64,000 nt of DNA from an uncultured Gammaproteobacteria bacterium (lineage in GTDB: Bacteria > Patescibacteriota > Patescibacteriia > S139-126), in NCBI GenBank assembly GCA_964620905.1, contig CAZUKA010000002.1:121154-185153 (forward strand), read 5' to 3'. The notes beneath the pieces are model-generated. The model had not been told where the DNA came from. It did not search any database and saw only the letters and a program-made list of their open reading frames with translations. Positions 36,515-46,848 of the stretch are shown here, in pieces. Positions within the stretch are counted from its first letter, which is position 1, and each line of letters opens with the position of its first letter. A program made the translations under genes and the position numbers.

Positions 36515-38068
36515 ATGGCTAAAACATTCTTAACAAAAAAGAATAACGCCAAGAGCACGATCACGGACAATCCTTTGACATCGGGTGCGACTACCGTGAA
36601 CGTGCAATCCGGCGACGGTGCAAAGTTTCCGGCGGCTCCATTCCACGCCACGCTCTATACGAGCGATCCGAGCGTGGGCGAAATTGTGAAAGTAACTGTT
36701 AAATCAATAGATGCATTCACAATCGAGCGAGCCAAAGAAAACACGACCGCCCAAGAATGGGCGCAAAACACCAAAATCGAACTCTTGGTAACAGCCAAGC
36801 TCTTTGACGACTTCCAAACCCGAACCGAGATCATTGTCGCAACCGACGGGTCGGGAGATTACAACTGCGACGGAACGGCTGATCAAACAGAGATAAACGA
36901 AGCGATCAGCAACTTGCCAGCCGGTGGCGGTATTGTTCGCCTAAAGAAAGGAACATACACACTGACTGGTCTCGTTGAAATTCTCAAAGACAATGTCGTG
37001 TTTGAAGGCGAAGGGGCGTCGACGCTTATAAAAGCGGCCAATGCCAGTAACCTCGGCGACATTGTGCGTGTGGGAGACGGCGGTACGACACCGTACTCGA
37101 ATATCGTCATCAGGAACCTAAAAGTCGATGGTAATCAAGCCAATCAAACCTCCGGAAATTCCAGCCCGATAGTGCTCTGGGGTACAAGCTCAAACAAGCA
37201 CAAACGAATTCTCATCGAGAACTGCTGGCTTACCGGTGCGCGTCTTGACTGTCTGAAAGTCATCGGCGTAGAGGAAAGCATAATCAGAAATTGCTTCATC
37301 CATGACAACACCGGAACTGGAATAGGTCTCTTCACCAACTCACAGCACAACACAATTACAGGAAATGTTCTGACTTCAAACGGCTACGGCGTGTATGACA
37401 GTGCATGCAATTACAACACAATAACTGGCAACGTAAGTCGAAGCAATGGTTATGGATTCTACCTGAGCGGTGCGTGGCGAGAAGCCATCACCGGCAACGC
37501 CATCTTCACCAGCACGAACTACGGAGTGTACATCGTCGGGGGTCAAAGGAATGCCGTAACCGGCAATCATCTCTACGGCGATAGCTGGGGAATGATTATC
37601 GGAAATAGCTCAAACATCACCAAGTACAACGTCATCTCCGGAAACACGGTCGCGTGGGCGACGAACCAAGGCATCGCTCTCTATCACGGAAGCGGTACCA
37701 CGATCAGTAACGTGATAACTGGCAATCACATCTTCGGATGCGGAGGTCATGGAATTTACCTGTACGGATCTTCCTACAACACTGTAACCGGAAACGCCAT
37801 TGATAACGCTTCCCGGACGACCAACAACACGTCCCATAGCATATTCCTCACTAATAATGGAACGGTCTATTCGACTTACAACGTTATCTCTTCGAACAAT
37901 TGCCACGCGACTCAAGCGAACAAGTCCGCCTATCACATCCGTGAACAGAGTACGAGCGATGACTTCAATCTAGTAATCGCAAATGTCTGCAAGGACGGAG
38001 TGACCGCACAGATCGGACTTCAAGGCACCAACTCAGTGAGAGGAACAAACATTCCAGCAACTGGATAA
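36515..38068 (+). CDS. tailspike/tail fibre with right-handed parallel beta-helix (pectate-lyase-like) repeats
   Basis: Repeated (N/I)TGN / NxxxxN-hairpin repeats (NTITGNVLTSNGYG, NAITGNAIFTS, NAVTGNHLYG, NTVTGNAIDNAS) are typical of beta-helix depolymerase domains. Confidence 0.65.
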   Translation: MAKTFLTKKNNAKSTITDNPLTSGATTVNVQSGDGAKFPAAPFHATLYTSDPSVGEIVKVTVKSIDAFTIERAKENTTAQEWAQNTKIELLVTAKLFDDFQTRTEIIVATDGSGDYNCDGTADQTEINEAISNLPAGGGIVRLKKGTYTLTGLVEILKDNVVFEGEGASTLIKAANASNLGDIVRVGDGGTTPYSNIVIRNLKVDGNQANQTSGNSSPIVLWGTSSNKHKRILIENCWLTGARLDCLKVIGVEESIIRNCFIHDNTGTGIGLFTNSQHNTITGNVLTSNGYGVYDSACNYNTITGNVSRSNGYGFYLSGAWREAITGNAIFTSTNYGVYIVGGQRNAVTGNHLYGDSWGMIIGNSSNITKYNVISGNTVAWATNQGIALYHGSGTTISNVITGNHIFGCGGHGIYLYGSSYNTVTGNAIDNASRTTNNTSHSIFLTNNGTVYSTYNVISSNNCHATQANKSAYHIREQSTSDDFNLVIANVCKDGVTAQIGLQGTNSVRGTNIPATG

Positions 38069-38074
38069 ACGCTT

Positions 38075-39376
38075 ATGTTCAACTCCTACCAATTCAACAG
38101 CGCAAGACTCAACGACACCGGCTCTTCAGCCGTGAGCAAGGCAATGAGCTACGTGCTCGACGTGTTCGGATTGATATCAAAGCCGGTCACGTATGTCTTC
38201 GATCAAGCGATAACAGTGGAAGCCATACGAACGTACCTGCTCGACATCAAAAATCTTGCTGGAAAAGTAGGAACGTATCTCATGGACGTGTACGCTCTCG
38301 CCGAAAAAGCTCTGACGTATGTCTTCGACATGCGAAGCCTTATCGACAAAACATCCACCTACCTCTGGGACGGACTGCAACTCATCACAAAGCAAATCAC
38401 ATATCTGATCGACATCATCGGCGGTGCTGTGATGACGATGACTTACAAGCTCGATGTACGGCAACTGGCAACAAAGAGTACGACATACCTGCATGACATC
38501 CTACTCACGATCGGACAGACGATAACTTACGTGTTCGACTCATTCCTGTCGGCCGCGCGAGAGACAACGTACCGGATGGATATAAGAAATCTTGCGACAA
38601 AGCTCACAACTTACCTGATCAATATCGGGGATGTGGTCGCAAAGATCATGACGTACAGATTCGACATGCGAAATCTAGCAAGCCACGCAACCACGTACCT
38701 ACTCGATCTTCGAAGCCTGATAAGCAAAACATGGACGTATGTGCTGGATGTAAGAAACCTTGCGACCAAGAGCATACAGTACCTGTTCGACATGGCCGGT
38801 GCTGTCAGCAAAAGCACTGAGTACGTGTTTGACGTGCTGATGAGTGCAATAAAACAGACGACCTATCTCTTCGACATGAGAAGCCTTGCAGAAAAAGCAT
38901 CAACATATCTTCTCGACATTCGAGGACTCATTGCAAAGATGATGACGTACATATGGGATATCCGGATGCTCGCATCGAGAGTGACGAGTTACCTGTGGGA
39001 CATCAAAAGCTTCGTGTCCAAGTCGATCACATACACATTCGACATCCTAAGTTATATCGCCAAAGTCTGGACGTACCAATTCGACATCCTGATTGGAGTC
39101 GGCAAGGTGTGGACGTATCTTCTCGACATTCGAGGACTGGTATCGAGGACGTGGAAGTACGTGTGGGACATCCTGAAAATTCCACCCGGTGTAAAGATCG
39201 CCATTGAATTCCTCTCGGCAAAAATATCCGTGCTCATGCTTTCCGCAAAAGAAACGCTGGGACTTACCACTGCCAAGAACAACATTGAGGTCAAAACTGC
39301 CCGAGCAGATCAACAGCTTCAGAATGCAAAAGCTGACGTGACGCTTCCGAGCAATAAGCAAAACATAAACTTATGA
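38075..39376 (+). CDS. tandem 14-aa repeat protein (TY-x-x-D-[IM]-R-x-L-A-x-K-x-x), likely fibrous virion protein
   Basis: More than 20 consecutive 14-residue repeats, e.g. TYLLDIRGLIAKMM, TYIWDIRMLASRVT, SYLWDIKSFVSKSI, TYTFDILSYIAKVW. Confidence 0.55.
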   Translation: MFNSYQFNSARLNDTGSSAVSKAMSYVLDVFGLISKPVTYVFDQAITVEAIRTYLLDIKNLAGKVGTYLMDVYALAEKALTYVFDMRSLIDKTSTYLWDGLQLITKQITYLIDIIGGAVMTMTYKLDVRQLATKSTTYLHDILLTIGQTITYVFDSFLSAARETTYRMDIRNLATKLTTYLINIGDVVAKIMTYRFDMRNLASHATTYLLDLRSLISKTWTYVLDVRNLATKSIQYLFDMAGAVSKSTEYVFDVLMSAIKQTTYLFDMRSLAEKASTYLLDIRGLIAKMMTYIWDIRMLASRVTSYLWDIKSFVSKSITYTFDILSYIAKVWTYQFDILIGVGKVWTYLLDIRGLVSRTWKYVWDILKIPPGVKIAIEFLSAKISVLMLSAKETLGLTTAKNNIEVKTARADQQLQNAKADVTLPSNKQNINL

Positions 39377-39687
39377 GCATAAAAATCGTACAAAACGACT
39401 CCCGTCCTCCACTGGAATTCTCCCTGACGCAAGACGGTGCTCCGGTAAACCTTACTGGATGCACTGTGAAATTCTACATGAAAAACGCTACAACCGGATC
39501 GGTAAAGATCAATGGTGTTGCGTGTACGATCACCGACGCAGTCAAAGGAAAATGCCGGTACAGCTGGACGGGTTCAGACACCGACACGGTCGGAACGTAT
39601 CTCGGTGAGGTCGAGGTCACGTTTGGCGACGGAAAGATTCAGACCGGCTTCAAACAATTATCAATCATCATCCGTGATGACATCTAA
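39373..39687 (+). CDS. hypothetical small virion protein (beta-rich)
   Basis: 104-aa ORF whose start overlaps the stop of the upstream gene. Confidence 0.4.
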   Translation: MSIKIVQNDSRPPLEFSLTQDGAPVNLTGCTVKFYMKNATTGSVKINGVACTITDAVKGKCRYSWTGSDTDTVGTYLGEVEVTFGDGKIQTGFKQLSIIIRDDI

Positions 39688-39693
39688 ACGCAT

Positions 39694-40326
39694 ATGAACC
39701 GAGGCGAAATAAGACAATCAATAAAAAACGAAGTCGACGATCAAACACTCGACGATACGATCTCAAACTCGTGGATTCAACGTGCGGATGAAAAGGTGCA
39801 AAGCTGGCGTCCTCCCGAGGATCGTGATCAGACATTCGACTACTGGGACTACCTCAAGACCGAACAGCCATACACGACGGTAGCCAACCAACCAAAATAT
39901 CCAGTTCCCGAAAATTACCGAGCGTTCGTGGAATTAAAGATCGGAACTGATACACAACCGTACACGCTGATCGACTTCCGAGCACGTACCCGATACACGG
40001 ATCACGTGGTGTACACACTCGGCGGTTCTTTCTACCCGATAACAACTCCGACTGCAGACGGCGACGCAATGATGCTGGTCTTTGTCCGCATATCGGATGA
40101 CTTCGCATCGGATAACGACGAGCCAGAGGTCGAAAAGTTATATCACCAAGCCTACGTCGAATGGGGCAAAAAGATGTACTACAACCAGCAAGGCGACACC
40201 GAGCTTGAACGCCAAGCTGATAACAACTTCGAACGGATCATGATCGGAAAATGGCGAGATCAAGAGCTTGCCCGAATGGCGTCGGCCGACGATCAAGCTT
40301 CAATCCCACGAAGCAGTCTCGTATAA
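39694..40326 (+). CDS. hypothetical structural protein
   Basis: 210-aa ORF. Confidence 0.4.
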   Translation: MNRGEIRQSIKNEVDDQTLDDTISNSWIQRADEKVQSWRPPEDRDQTFDYWDYLKTEQPYTTVANQPKYPVPENYRAFVELKIGTDTQPYTLIDFRARTRYTDHVVYTLGGSFYPITTPTADGDAMMLVFVRISDDFASDNDEPEVEKLYHQAYVEWGKKMYYNQQGDTELERQADNNFERIMIGKWRDQELARMASADDQASIPRSSLV

Positions 40327-40330
40327 ATCT

Positions 40331-42019
40331 ATGGCACTAGCAAAGAAAATCTGGAAAGCGTCACGATTCCACAAAGGCATTTCAAATCTGAATGCCGACG
40401 GTAGTTTTTGGTTTTCAAATGGACTCGACATAGACCAGTACCCTCCGTACATCAAAGTCTCAAATAAGTTTTTCAAAGAATCGGACAGCGTGTTACTACC
40501 AGCACTCGATGAACCGTGGGGTATGGCGTATTTCAACAACCGGTACTACATGGCGAACCGTAACAACGGAAAGATTTTTGAGAATACTTACTCCAGCTGG
40601 GTGGAAGTCCACGACAACGTGAACATCTGGGGAGGAAGCGGAATGTTTGCAGACGAGGATTATCTCTACTACGCCGGAAGTACGTGGATCGGACGCTACG
40701 ACAAAACCACATGGACGGACTCGTGGCAGTCGCTCAACGTTAATACCGCTTTTGATCCCGTACCAATCACAAAGTTTTTGAAATTCATCTGTTTCGGAAA
40801 CAAACAGTACATGGCGGCGTGGGATACGGCCGCAAGTTCATGGAATCCAAACCGGCTGACGCTTCCATCCGGATACGTCATTCGCTGGCTCGCTCCACTT
40901 ACCGACTATCTGGTGGTCTCTGCTCATCATGAGAGCCAAGGATCGGCATTGTTTTTCTGGGATGGATATTCACAAACCTATAACCGTGTCCTCCAGCTGA
41001 CGCAAACGGAATGCCTATCCGGTGTCGTCGATAAAAACGTGCTGTACATGGTGATGAGAGACGGCTGGATTTGCCGGTTCAACGGTGCAGGAATCGAAAA
41101 GCTGAATCGCTTCCCAGACATGGACTACCAAGACTATATCAACATCCTTGCTCAATGCGTAAAGGTGTACCAAGGCATGATCTACATCGCAAAAGCATCG
41201 AACACATTCGAAGTGACCCGACGCCATCAATTCTGCGGAATCTGGGTATTCAATCCTGCGACCAACGCCCTCTACTACAAACACCGGTTCTCAAACAATG
41301 CGGTCAATAACCACACCGGCGGTGTCTCAAGCGTGCAATTCCTATTCGTCGATCGAAACACGATCCGTGTCGGATATCGAGACAGCACGAAATACATCGT
41401 CGATGTGAACCATGACACCGGAACGTATCGGCCGTACGACTTCGGTGCGTACTGGGTCAGTCCACTTGTGGATGACGAACCGTATCTGCGAAAGAGATTC
41501 AAGCAAGCGATCTTGAACTTTATGAAGCCGATGCCGAACAGTAGCTTCTCTCGGTTTGAAGTGAAGTACAACACGAGCGAACGCTGGGTGCGAGACATGA
41601 AAAGTGTAAACAGTGGTGGTTCCGACTTCTGCATCCTTTCAAGTTTTCCGACTGGCATGGAAATCGGCGACGAAGTGATAGTAACGACCGGCGGTGCGGC
41701 CGGACAAACACGGCATATCAAAGCTATGGACACCGTAACCAAACGCATCGACTTTGACGAAACGCTTTACTATGTCGGCGGTTCGATCGGGACGATGTCG
41801 GCCGGTGACATGGTCATGATCACGCCTTTCAAAAAACTCGGAACGATCAAGGGAAACGAAAACTCCGGCAAGGTAAACAAGATGATCCGCTTCAATGCGA
41901 GGACAAAGAAAATCCAATTCAAGGTCGAAATTTGGAGTAACTCCGGCTTCGGTGGCGAGTGGGACATGGGTCTGAAAGATTTCTCCGCCATTTTTGTGCC
42001 GGATCGAATAATCAAATAA
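40331..42019 (+). CDS. virion structural protein (W/Y-rich, beta-propeller-like?)
   Basis: About 560 aa from the Met at 40331. The track ORF begins at 40268. Confidence 0.45.
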   Translation: MALAKKIWKASRFHKGISNLNADGSFWFSNGLDIDQYPPYIKVSNKFFKESDSVLLPALDEPWGMAYFNNRYYMANRNNGKIFENTYSSWVEVHDNVNIWGGSGMFADEDYLYYAGSTWIGRYDKTTWTDSWQSLNVNTAFDPVPITKFLKFICFGNKQYMAAWDTAASSWNPNRLTLPSGYVIRWLAPLTDYLVVSAHHESQGSALFFWDGYSQTYNRVLQLTQTECLSGVVDKNVLYMVMRDGWICRFNGAGIEKLNRFPDMDYQDYINILAQCVKVYQGMIYIAKASNTFEVTRRHQFCGIWVFNPATNALYYKHRFSNNAVNNHTGGVSSVQFLFVDRNTIRVGYRDSTKYIVDVNHDTGTYRPYDFGAYWVSPLVDDEPYLRKRFKQAILNFMKPMPNSSFSRFEVKYNTSERWVRDMKSVNSGGSDFCILSSFPTGMEIGDEVIVTTGGAAGQTRHIKAMDTVTKRIDFDETLYYVGGSIGTMSAGDMVMITPFKKLGTIKGNENSGKVNKMIRFNARTKKIQFKVEIWSNSGFGGEWDMGLKDFSAIFVPDRIIK

Positions 42020-42023
42020 ATAT

Positions 42024-42230
42024 ATGCCCGAAGAAACACTAACATTTCGACTTGAAAAGATAGATGCAGAGAATGTGAAAAAGACTGACACACGTGAGGA
42101 AGTGTCGGTCGTAAATGTTCCAGCTCTGCAGTTTCAGAAAGTAATACTGGAAAAAACGATCAGTGACTCGCAAGAACAGCTCGACCAAATCAATGAGGTC
42201 TTGGTCGAGTGGGAAAAATTACCGAAATAG
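42024..42230 (+). CDS. hypothetical protein
   Basis: 68-aa ORF. Confidence 0.3.
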   Translation: MPEETLTFRLEKIDAENVKKTDTREEVSVVNVPALQFQKVILEKTISDSQEQLDQINEVLVEWEKLPK

Positions 42231-42451
42231 TTATGGATGATTACAACAATAAAAACAATCAACAGCCGAAGCAGGATTTTGATCCAAATCTGGGGTCGAT
42301 CTTAACCCTACTTCGAGACATCCCGGTGCTTAACACCGTTCCGTCTGACGCACCAAGAACACAGATCAGTTTTGCGTTTTACGAGAGCGGTGGCACACGC
42401 CGGTTCTATGTCTTTTTTAACGGAGCGTGGAGGTACGCAACCCTTACTTAA
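42209..42451 (+). CDS. hypothetical protein
   Basis: 80-aa ORF. Confidence 0.3.
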   Translation: MGKITEIVMDDYNNKNNQQPKQDFDPNLGSILTLLRDIPVLNTVPSDAPRTQISFAFYESGGTRRFYVFFNGAWRYATLT

Positions 42452-42457
42452 AAACTT

Positions 42458-43792
42458 ATGGCAACAATAACAATACAAAAAGGTCAAACATTATCGGGAA
42501 TCGCCAAACAGCAAGGCACGACACTCGATGCCTTAATGAAAGCAAACCCGTCAATCAAGAATGCGAACCTGATATACGCCGGTGCGAGTTTGAACTTGCC
42601 CGGAGCACCGACTTCACCCGTTGTTGCCCCTAAGGCGAGCGTTCCAACCCCTCCTGCACCTGTGACACCTTCTTCGCCCGTAACCCAGCGCGTTGACCAA
42701 ATTTCGAGCACGGGGACGACCGGTGTACCCCAGAAAAGCACCCTGTATGGCGCTGAAGTGCCTTCTTCGACCAGCTTGCTCACAAAATACCGATCTGAAC
42801 TAGGTCTCGATTCTGCCCTCAAAAGCATGCAGGACAACCAGACTGCCTACCTCGATACCCTCAAGAATTTGCCGAAAAAAGCAGACATCTACGCACAAGA
42901 AAAATCGAAACTTGGCATAGACGTGATGCAGAAAAATCTGCAGAGCTTGGATGATCGTTTGGCAACGATGGAAATGTCACTCGATGATTCAGAGAAAGAC
43001 ATTCGTGATCGAATGGTTAAAAGCGGTGCGATGGTGACGGAAAGCCAAACGCAACGCTTGGTCGCTACCGAGAAACAACCACTCATGGATGAGTACAGAA
43101 AACTTCTCAACGAGCGCAATCGACTAGCCGACAAACTCGGAGTAGCTGATACATCGGCAAAAGAGTCGGCCGGCATGCAGTACGAGGACTCGACACTACC
43201 ACTCACGATCGCAGAAAAAACTCTCGGCTTCCAGAAAGACCAATACGGCGTTCTCGGGGATCTCTTGAAGCAAGTATTCGGTGCTTCAGAAAAAGACGTC
43301 GCCAACATTATAGACGATGCCAAGTACGGCAAAGATCAAGAAAAGAAAGATGCTCAAGATGTGATCGACCGTGCAATCAAACTCGCAAACCTCGCCAACG
43401 ATACTCCGGCCGGCGTGTCTTACGATATCGGTGGCACAAAGGTCACAGGAAAAAAAGTCTCAAGCGGTTCTGATGGAGGAGGATCATCGAGCGATGTAGA
43501 AGCTTACGCACTCGAGCTTCTAAACAATCCAAACTTCACTGCAAGTAACGTGCCTCAAAACATCCGTGCTCAAGTTCTGCAGAAACGAGATCAGATCATC
43601 GCTGAAGCAAACACGCAACAGCAAGCTGATGCGGCGGCTCAAGCTTTGAAATCGAGCCAGCCAAAGATAACAGCTCAAGACTTCGGTGCTGGGGTCAAAG
43701 ACGTATTCACTCAACAGATACCGAGTATTGCGAAGTCCGGATTCAACACCAGCAAGAACTTCCTGAAAGGACTCTTCGGCATCGGAAATTAA
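42458..43792 (+). CDS. LysM-domain virion protein
   Basis: N-terminal LysM (ITIQKGQTLSGIAKQQGTTLDALMKANP...LIYAGASLNLP), a Pro/Thr linker and a coiled-coil-rich body. Confidence 0.6.
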   Translation: MATITIQKGQTLSGIAKQQGTTLDALMKANPSIKNANLIYAGASLNLPGAPTSPVVAPKASVPTPPAPVTPSSPVTQRVDQISSTGTTGVPQKSTLYGAEVPSSTSLLTKYRSELGLDSALKSMQDNQTAYLDTLKNLPKKADIYAQEKSKLGIDVMQKNLQSLDDRLATMEMSLDDSEKDIRDRMVKSGAMVTESQTQRLVATEKQPLMDEYRKLLNERNRLADKLGVADTSAKESAGMQYEDSTLPLTIAEKTLGFQKDQYGVLGDLLKQVFGASEKDVANIIDDAKYGKDQEKKDAQDVIDRAIKLANLANDTPAGVSYDIGGTKVTGKKVSSGSDGGGSSSDVEAYALELLNNPNFTASNVPQNIRAQVLQKRDQIIAEANTQQQADAAAQALKSSQPKITAQDFGAGVKDVFTQQIPSIAKSGFNTSKNFLKGLFGIGN

Positions 43793-43798
43793 AACGCT

Positions 43799-46612
43799 AT
43801 GGCTTACATCAAAGACCCTAAAACTGGAAAGTATGTGAATACCGGTTCTGCACCGGCCACTCCTCCACTCACACCATCAGCACCATCAGCTGGTACTGCA
43901 GTGAAGTACCAAAAGAATGCCGAGGGAAAATTTGTGACGACTGAAGTTCCAAAAACGGCCGGTAAGCCAAACGTGACCACAGTCGAGGGACTACGTGATT
44001 TTGCTCTGCAAAATAACGTGGACGTCTCCTCCACTCAACCTAAAGAATCAACCCTGCAAAAAATACTCCACGTACTCAACACCGGAGGATATGCAGTCGG
44101 TGGCCTTATAAGTGGAAAAGGAATCAAAGCCGGAATCCAAGAACGCATTCAGCCATCTGAAGCACTCGGAATAAAAAGCAAAGTCGGTGGATTTATCGCA
44201 GACATTTTGCTTGATCCTACGACGTACCTCACATTCGGCTACGGGGCCGGTGCAAAACTAGCGACAAAGGCCGGTACAGTCGTGTTGAGCAAAGCTGGAA
44301 CATCAATCCTCAAGAAATCGATCCTTGAAGTCGGAGAGACTGCCGCCCGAAAAGCATTTGCAGAAAAAGTTCTTGCCGAGGGTGGTGAGAAGTTTTTAGC
44401 CAAAGGAGGTCTTAAATTTGCCGGTAAACAGATACTTCCACGATCGGCGGTCACTGCACCGTTCAGAGCGGCCGACTGGATCGCAGAAAAAACACCTGTG
44501 GTCGGCAAACTATACGAGAGTGCAAAAGACCTCGCAGGTAAAGCATTCGTACCGTTTAAGAGCATCAAAGAATTGCCGGGACGAATCGGAGAGGATTACG
44601 TTGATAAATTTTCACAATTTAGTAAAGCAACACGATCGGAAGTCAGTAAAGCTGTCGGTGAAGCAGTCGATCTTGGTAAGACAGCAACAAAAGAGCTCGG
44701 AAAAGATGCTGGAACTAGAGTCGGCCGACTGATCGAGGGAATGACAGACATTCCTGTAAAGACAGCCGCCGGAGTCGAGCAAGTAGCAACTAAAGGAAAC
44801 AGTGTCATCGACAATATCATCGGACACATTCAAGGCGAACATAAACGCTTTGCATCTTTAGAAAAAGAACGAGGACTGCTCGACACCGAGATTCCAGATT
44901 ATCTGCGTCACTACCTGACACCAGAGGGTCGTGAGTTCCTCGCAAAGAATACTGACGTTGCACAAGAGCTTCTGCAAAAGACGAGAGTAAGCACTCCGTT
45001 CGCAAAAGAAAGAAACCTCGATGACACGATCGTAAATATTAATAGTTACTTCCGCAAGACTCACGGCGTGAAGCTATTCGAGCAAGACGCATTCAAAGCG
45101 TTTGGTGCTCGTAAAGCCGAACACGTCAAAGCCGTGAATACCTACGACTTTCTGACTGACGTTGGAAAACAATTCGGCAAGCAAGCCGAAATGGTCACCA
45201 AAGAATTTAAGCATCCGATAAGTGGACAGATGGTGAAAAAAGAAATGGCAAAGCCAATCTTCGACAACGGAATGCGATACATCGAAAGCACCGTGCCTCA
45301 ACTCAAAGGCGTACTTCTGCCCGAACAGATCGTGAAGCATGTCGAGGAAACTTATAAGGTGCTAACGAGCGATGAAGCGACAAAGGGTTTCCTTAAAATC
45401 TACGACAAAGCTCTCGGATTTTGGAAAGGATCAGTGACCGGATGGTTTCCAGCATTCCACGTTCGAAACTCGATCGGTGGAGTTTTCAATAATTTTATAG
45501 CTGGAGTCAAAAACCCTGCACGCTATCTGCAGGGAGATCAAATCGCTCGGGGTGCAAAAGGATCGATCACAACCAAGCTGGGTACGAAATACACCTACCA
45601 GCAAATAAAAGAAATTGCTGAGAAGCTGGGAGTGGTAGGACAGCCCGGTTACTTGGATGTGATGCGTGAGGTCGAAAAAGATGTCGGTAAAGGTGCTGTC
45701 GGCAAACTTATGGATCTGCCGAAAAACGCAATGGAGATCACTGAGAACAGATTGCGTCTGCCTCTTTTTGTGGATCGCTTAATCAGAGGAGATGCACCAG
45801 AGCAAGCCGCAAAGTCTGTATTCCAATTCCACTTCGACTACGCACCGGAAGCACTCGCACCGTTTGAGCAGAACATTATGAAGCGACTGTTGCCGTTCTA
45901 CCGATGGACTCGTGGCAACATTCCGCTTCAGCTCGAGCAGATGGTAAAGCAACCGGGCAAGTATGCCTCCATCGGCAAGTTTGTAGACAACCTCCAAGTC
46001 GACAAAGAGAAAGCCAAAGAGGAATTCCAATATCTGCCTCCGTACATGCGTGAGGGATTGCCGGTCCGACTTGGTGAGAAAAACGGATTCTCACAGTACC
46101 TCTACGGTCTAGGTCTGCCGGTCGAGGATATCAACAGACTCTATAAAGGAAGCCCACAGCGAACGTTGGCGAGTATGGTCGGCGAACTATCACCGATCCT
46201 GAAGTATCCGATCGAAGCGGCCACCGGTCAGAACCTATTCACCGGTGAGCCGATCAAGGAAGGAAGCCGAGTCTATCCATTCGTGAATGCAGTCCCCGGA
46301 CTGCGTGACTGGCTTGAGGTTACCGAGCATAAAAATAAGGACGGCAATATCAGTTATCGAGGAAACGCTTATAAGCTTCACTTCCTCAATACCGCTCTTG
46401 GTCGCTTCTACACCACAGCTGGAAAACTTTCCGATGACAACACATCAGGAGTCGTGAAGTTTCTCTACGGACTCGTCGGTGCAAAAGCAAAGTCAGTCGA
46501 CATGGAAAAAGAAAAGTTCTGGCGTGATCGAGACATTCAAGATCGACTCGAGCAAGCGTTGGAAAGTAGAGGTCTCATCAACAGATTCGATTCGGTATAC
46601 GTACCAAAATAA
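43799..46612 (+). CDS. large virion protein (937 aa; possible internal/ejection or tail-associated protein)
   Basis: Largest ORF of the structural module. The Gly/Ala/Lys-rich N-terminal third gives no clear tape-measure periodicity. Confidence 0.45.
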   Translation: MAYIKDPKTGKYVNTGSAPATPPLTPSAPSAGTAVKYQKNAEGKFVTTEVPKTAGKPNVTTVEGLRDFALQNNVDVSSTQPKESTLQKILHVLNTGGYAVGGLISGKGIKAGIQERIQPSEALGIKSKVGGFIADILLDPTTYLTFGYGAGAKLATKAGTVVLSKAGTSILKKSILEVGETAARKAFAEKVLAEGGEKFLAKGGLKFAGKQILPRSAVTAPFRAADWIAEKTPVVGKLYESAKDLAGKAFVPFKSIKELPGRIGEDYVDKFSQFSKATRSEVSKAVGEAVDLGKTATKELGKDAGTRVGRLIEGMTDIPVKTAAGVEQVATKGNSVIDNIIGHIQGEHKRFASLEKERGLLDTEIPDYLRHYLTPEGREFLAKNTDVAQELLQKTRVSTPFAKERNLDDTIVNINSYFRKTHGVKLFEQDAFKAFGARKAEHVKAVNTYDFLTDVGKQFGKQAEMVTKEFKHPISGQMVKKEMAKPIFDNGMRYIESTVPQLKGVLLPEQIVKHVEETYKVLTSDEATKGFLKIYDKALGFWKGSVTGWFPAFHVRNSIGGVFNNFIAGVKNPARYLQGDQIARGAKGSITTKLGTKYTYQQIKEIAEKLGVVGQPGYLDVMREVEKDVGKGAVGKLMDLPKNAMEITENRLRLPLFVDRLIRGDAPEQAAKSVFQFHFDYAPEALAPFEQNIMKRLLPFYRWTRGNIPLQLEQMVKQPGKYASIGKFVDNLQVDKEKAKEEFQYLPPYMREGLPVRLGEKNGFSQYLYGLGLPVEDINRLYKGSPQRTLASMVGELSPILKYPIEAATGQNLFTGEPIKEGSRVYPFVNAVPGLRDWLEVTEHKNKDGNISYRGNAYKLHFLNTALGRFYTTAGKLSDDNTSGVVKFLYGLVGAKAKSVDMEKEKFWRDRDIQDRLEQALESRGLINRFDSVYVPK

Positions 46613-46616
46613 CAAT

Positions 46617-46844
46617 ATGGAAAGAACAGCCTATCAAAACAAAATACAAGATGAGCGTCTCGACCGTGTAGAAAAGACGGTGAACGAAATCAAAGACAAT
46701 CATCTCATACACCTACAGACCGACATGAGCAAGGTCGGAACCGACGTTGATTGGCTCAAACGATTTTTCTGGATCATCGCTACGGCGTCAGTGGGAGGTC
46801 TGATCACAGCAATTATTAACTTACTACTAACCATCAATAAATAA
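46617..46844 (+). CDS. XhlA-like lysis-associated membrane protein
   Basis: 75 aa from the Met at 46617: coiled-coil N-terminus plus a single C-terminal TM (FFWIIATASVGGLITAIINLLL), directly upstream of the endolysin. Confidence 0.5.
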   Translation: MERTAYQNKIQDERLDRVEKTVNEIKDNHLIHLQTDMSKVGTDVDWLKRFFWIIATASVGGLITAIINLLLTINK

Positions 46845-46848
46845 ACTT

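Noticed and set aside
35825-41748. Minus-strand ORFs 35825..36226, 37610..37936, 39047..39361 and 41275..41748 inside structural genes
   Set aside because: Same reasoning: they overlap plus-strand genes with strong motif or synteny support and have an arginine/cysteine-rich composition.
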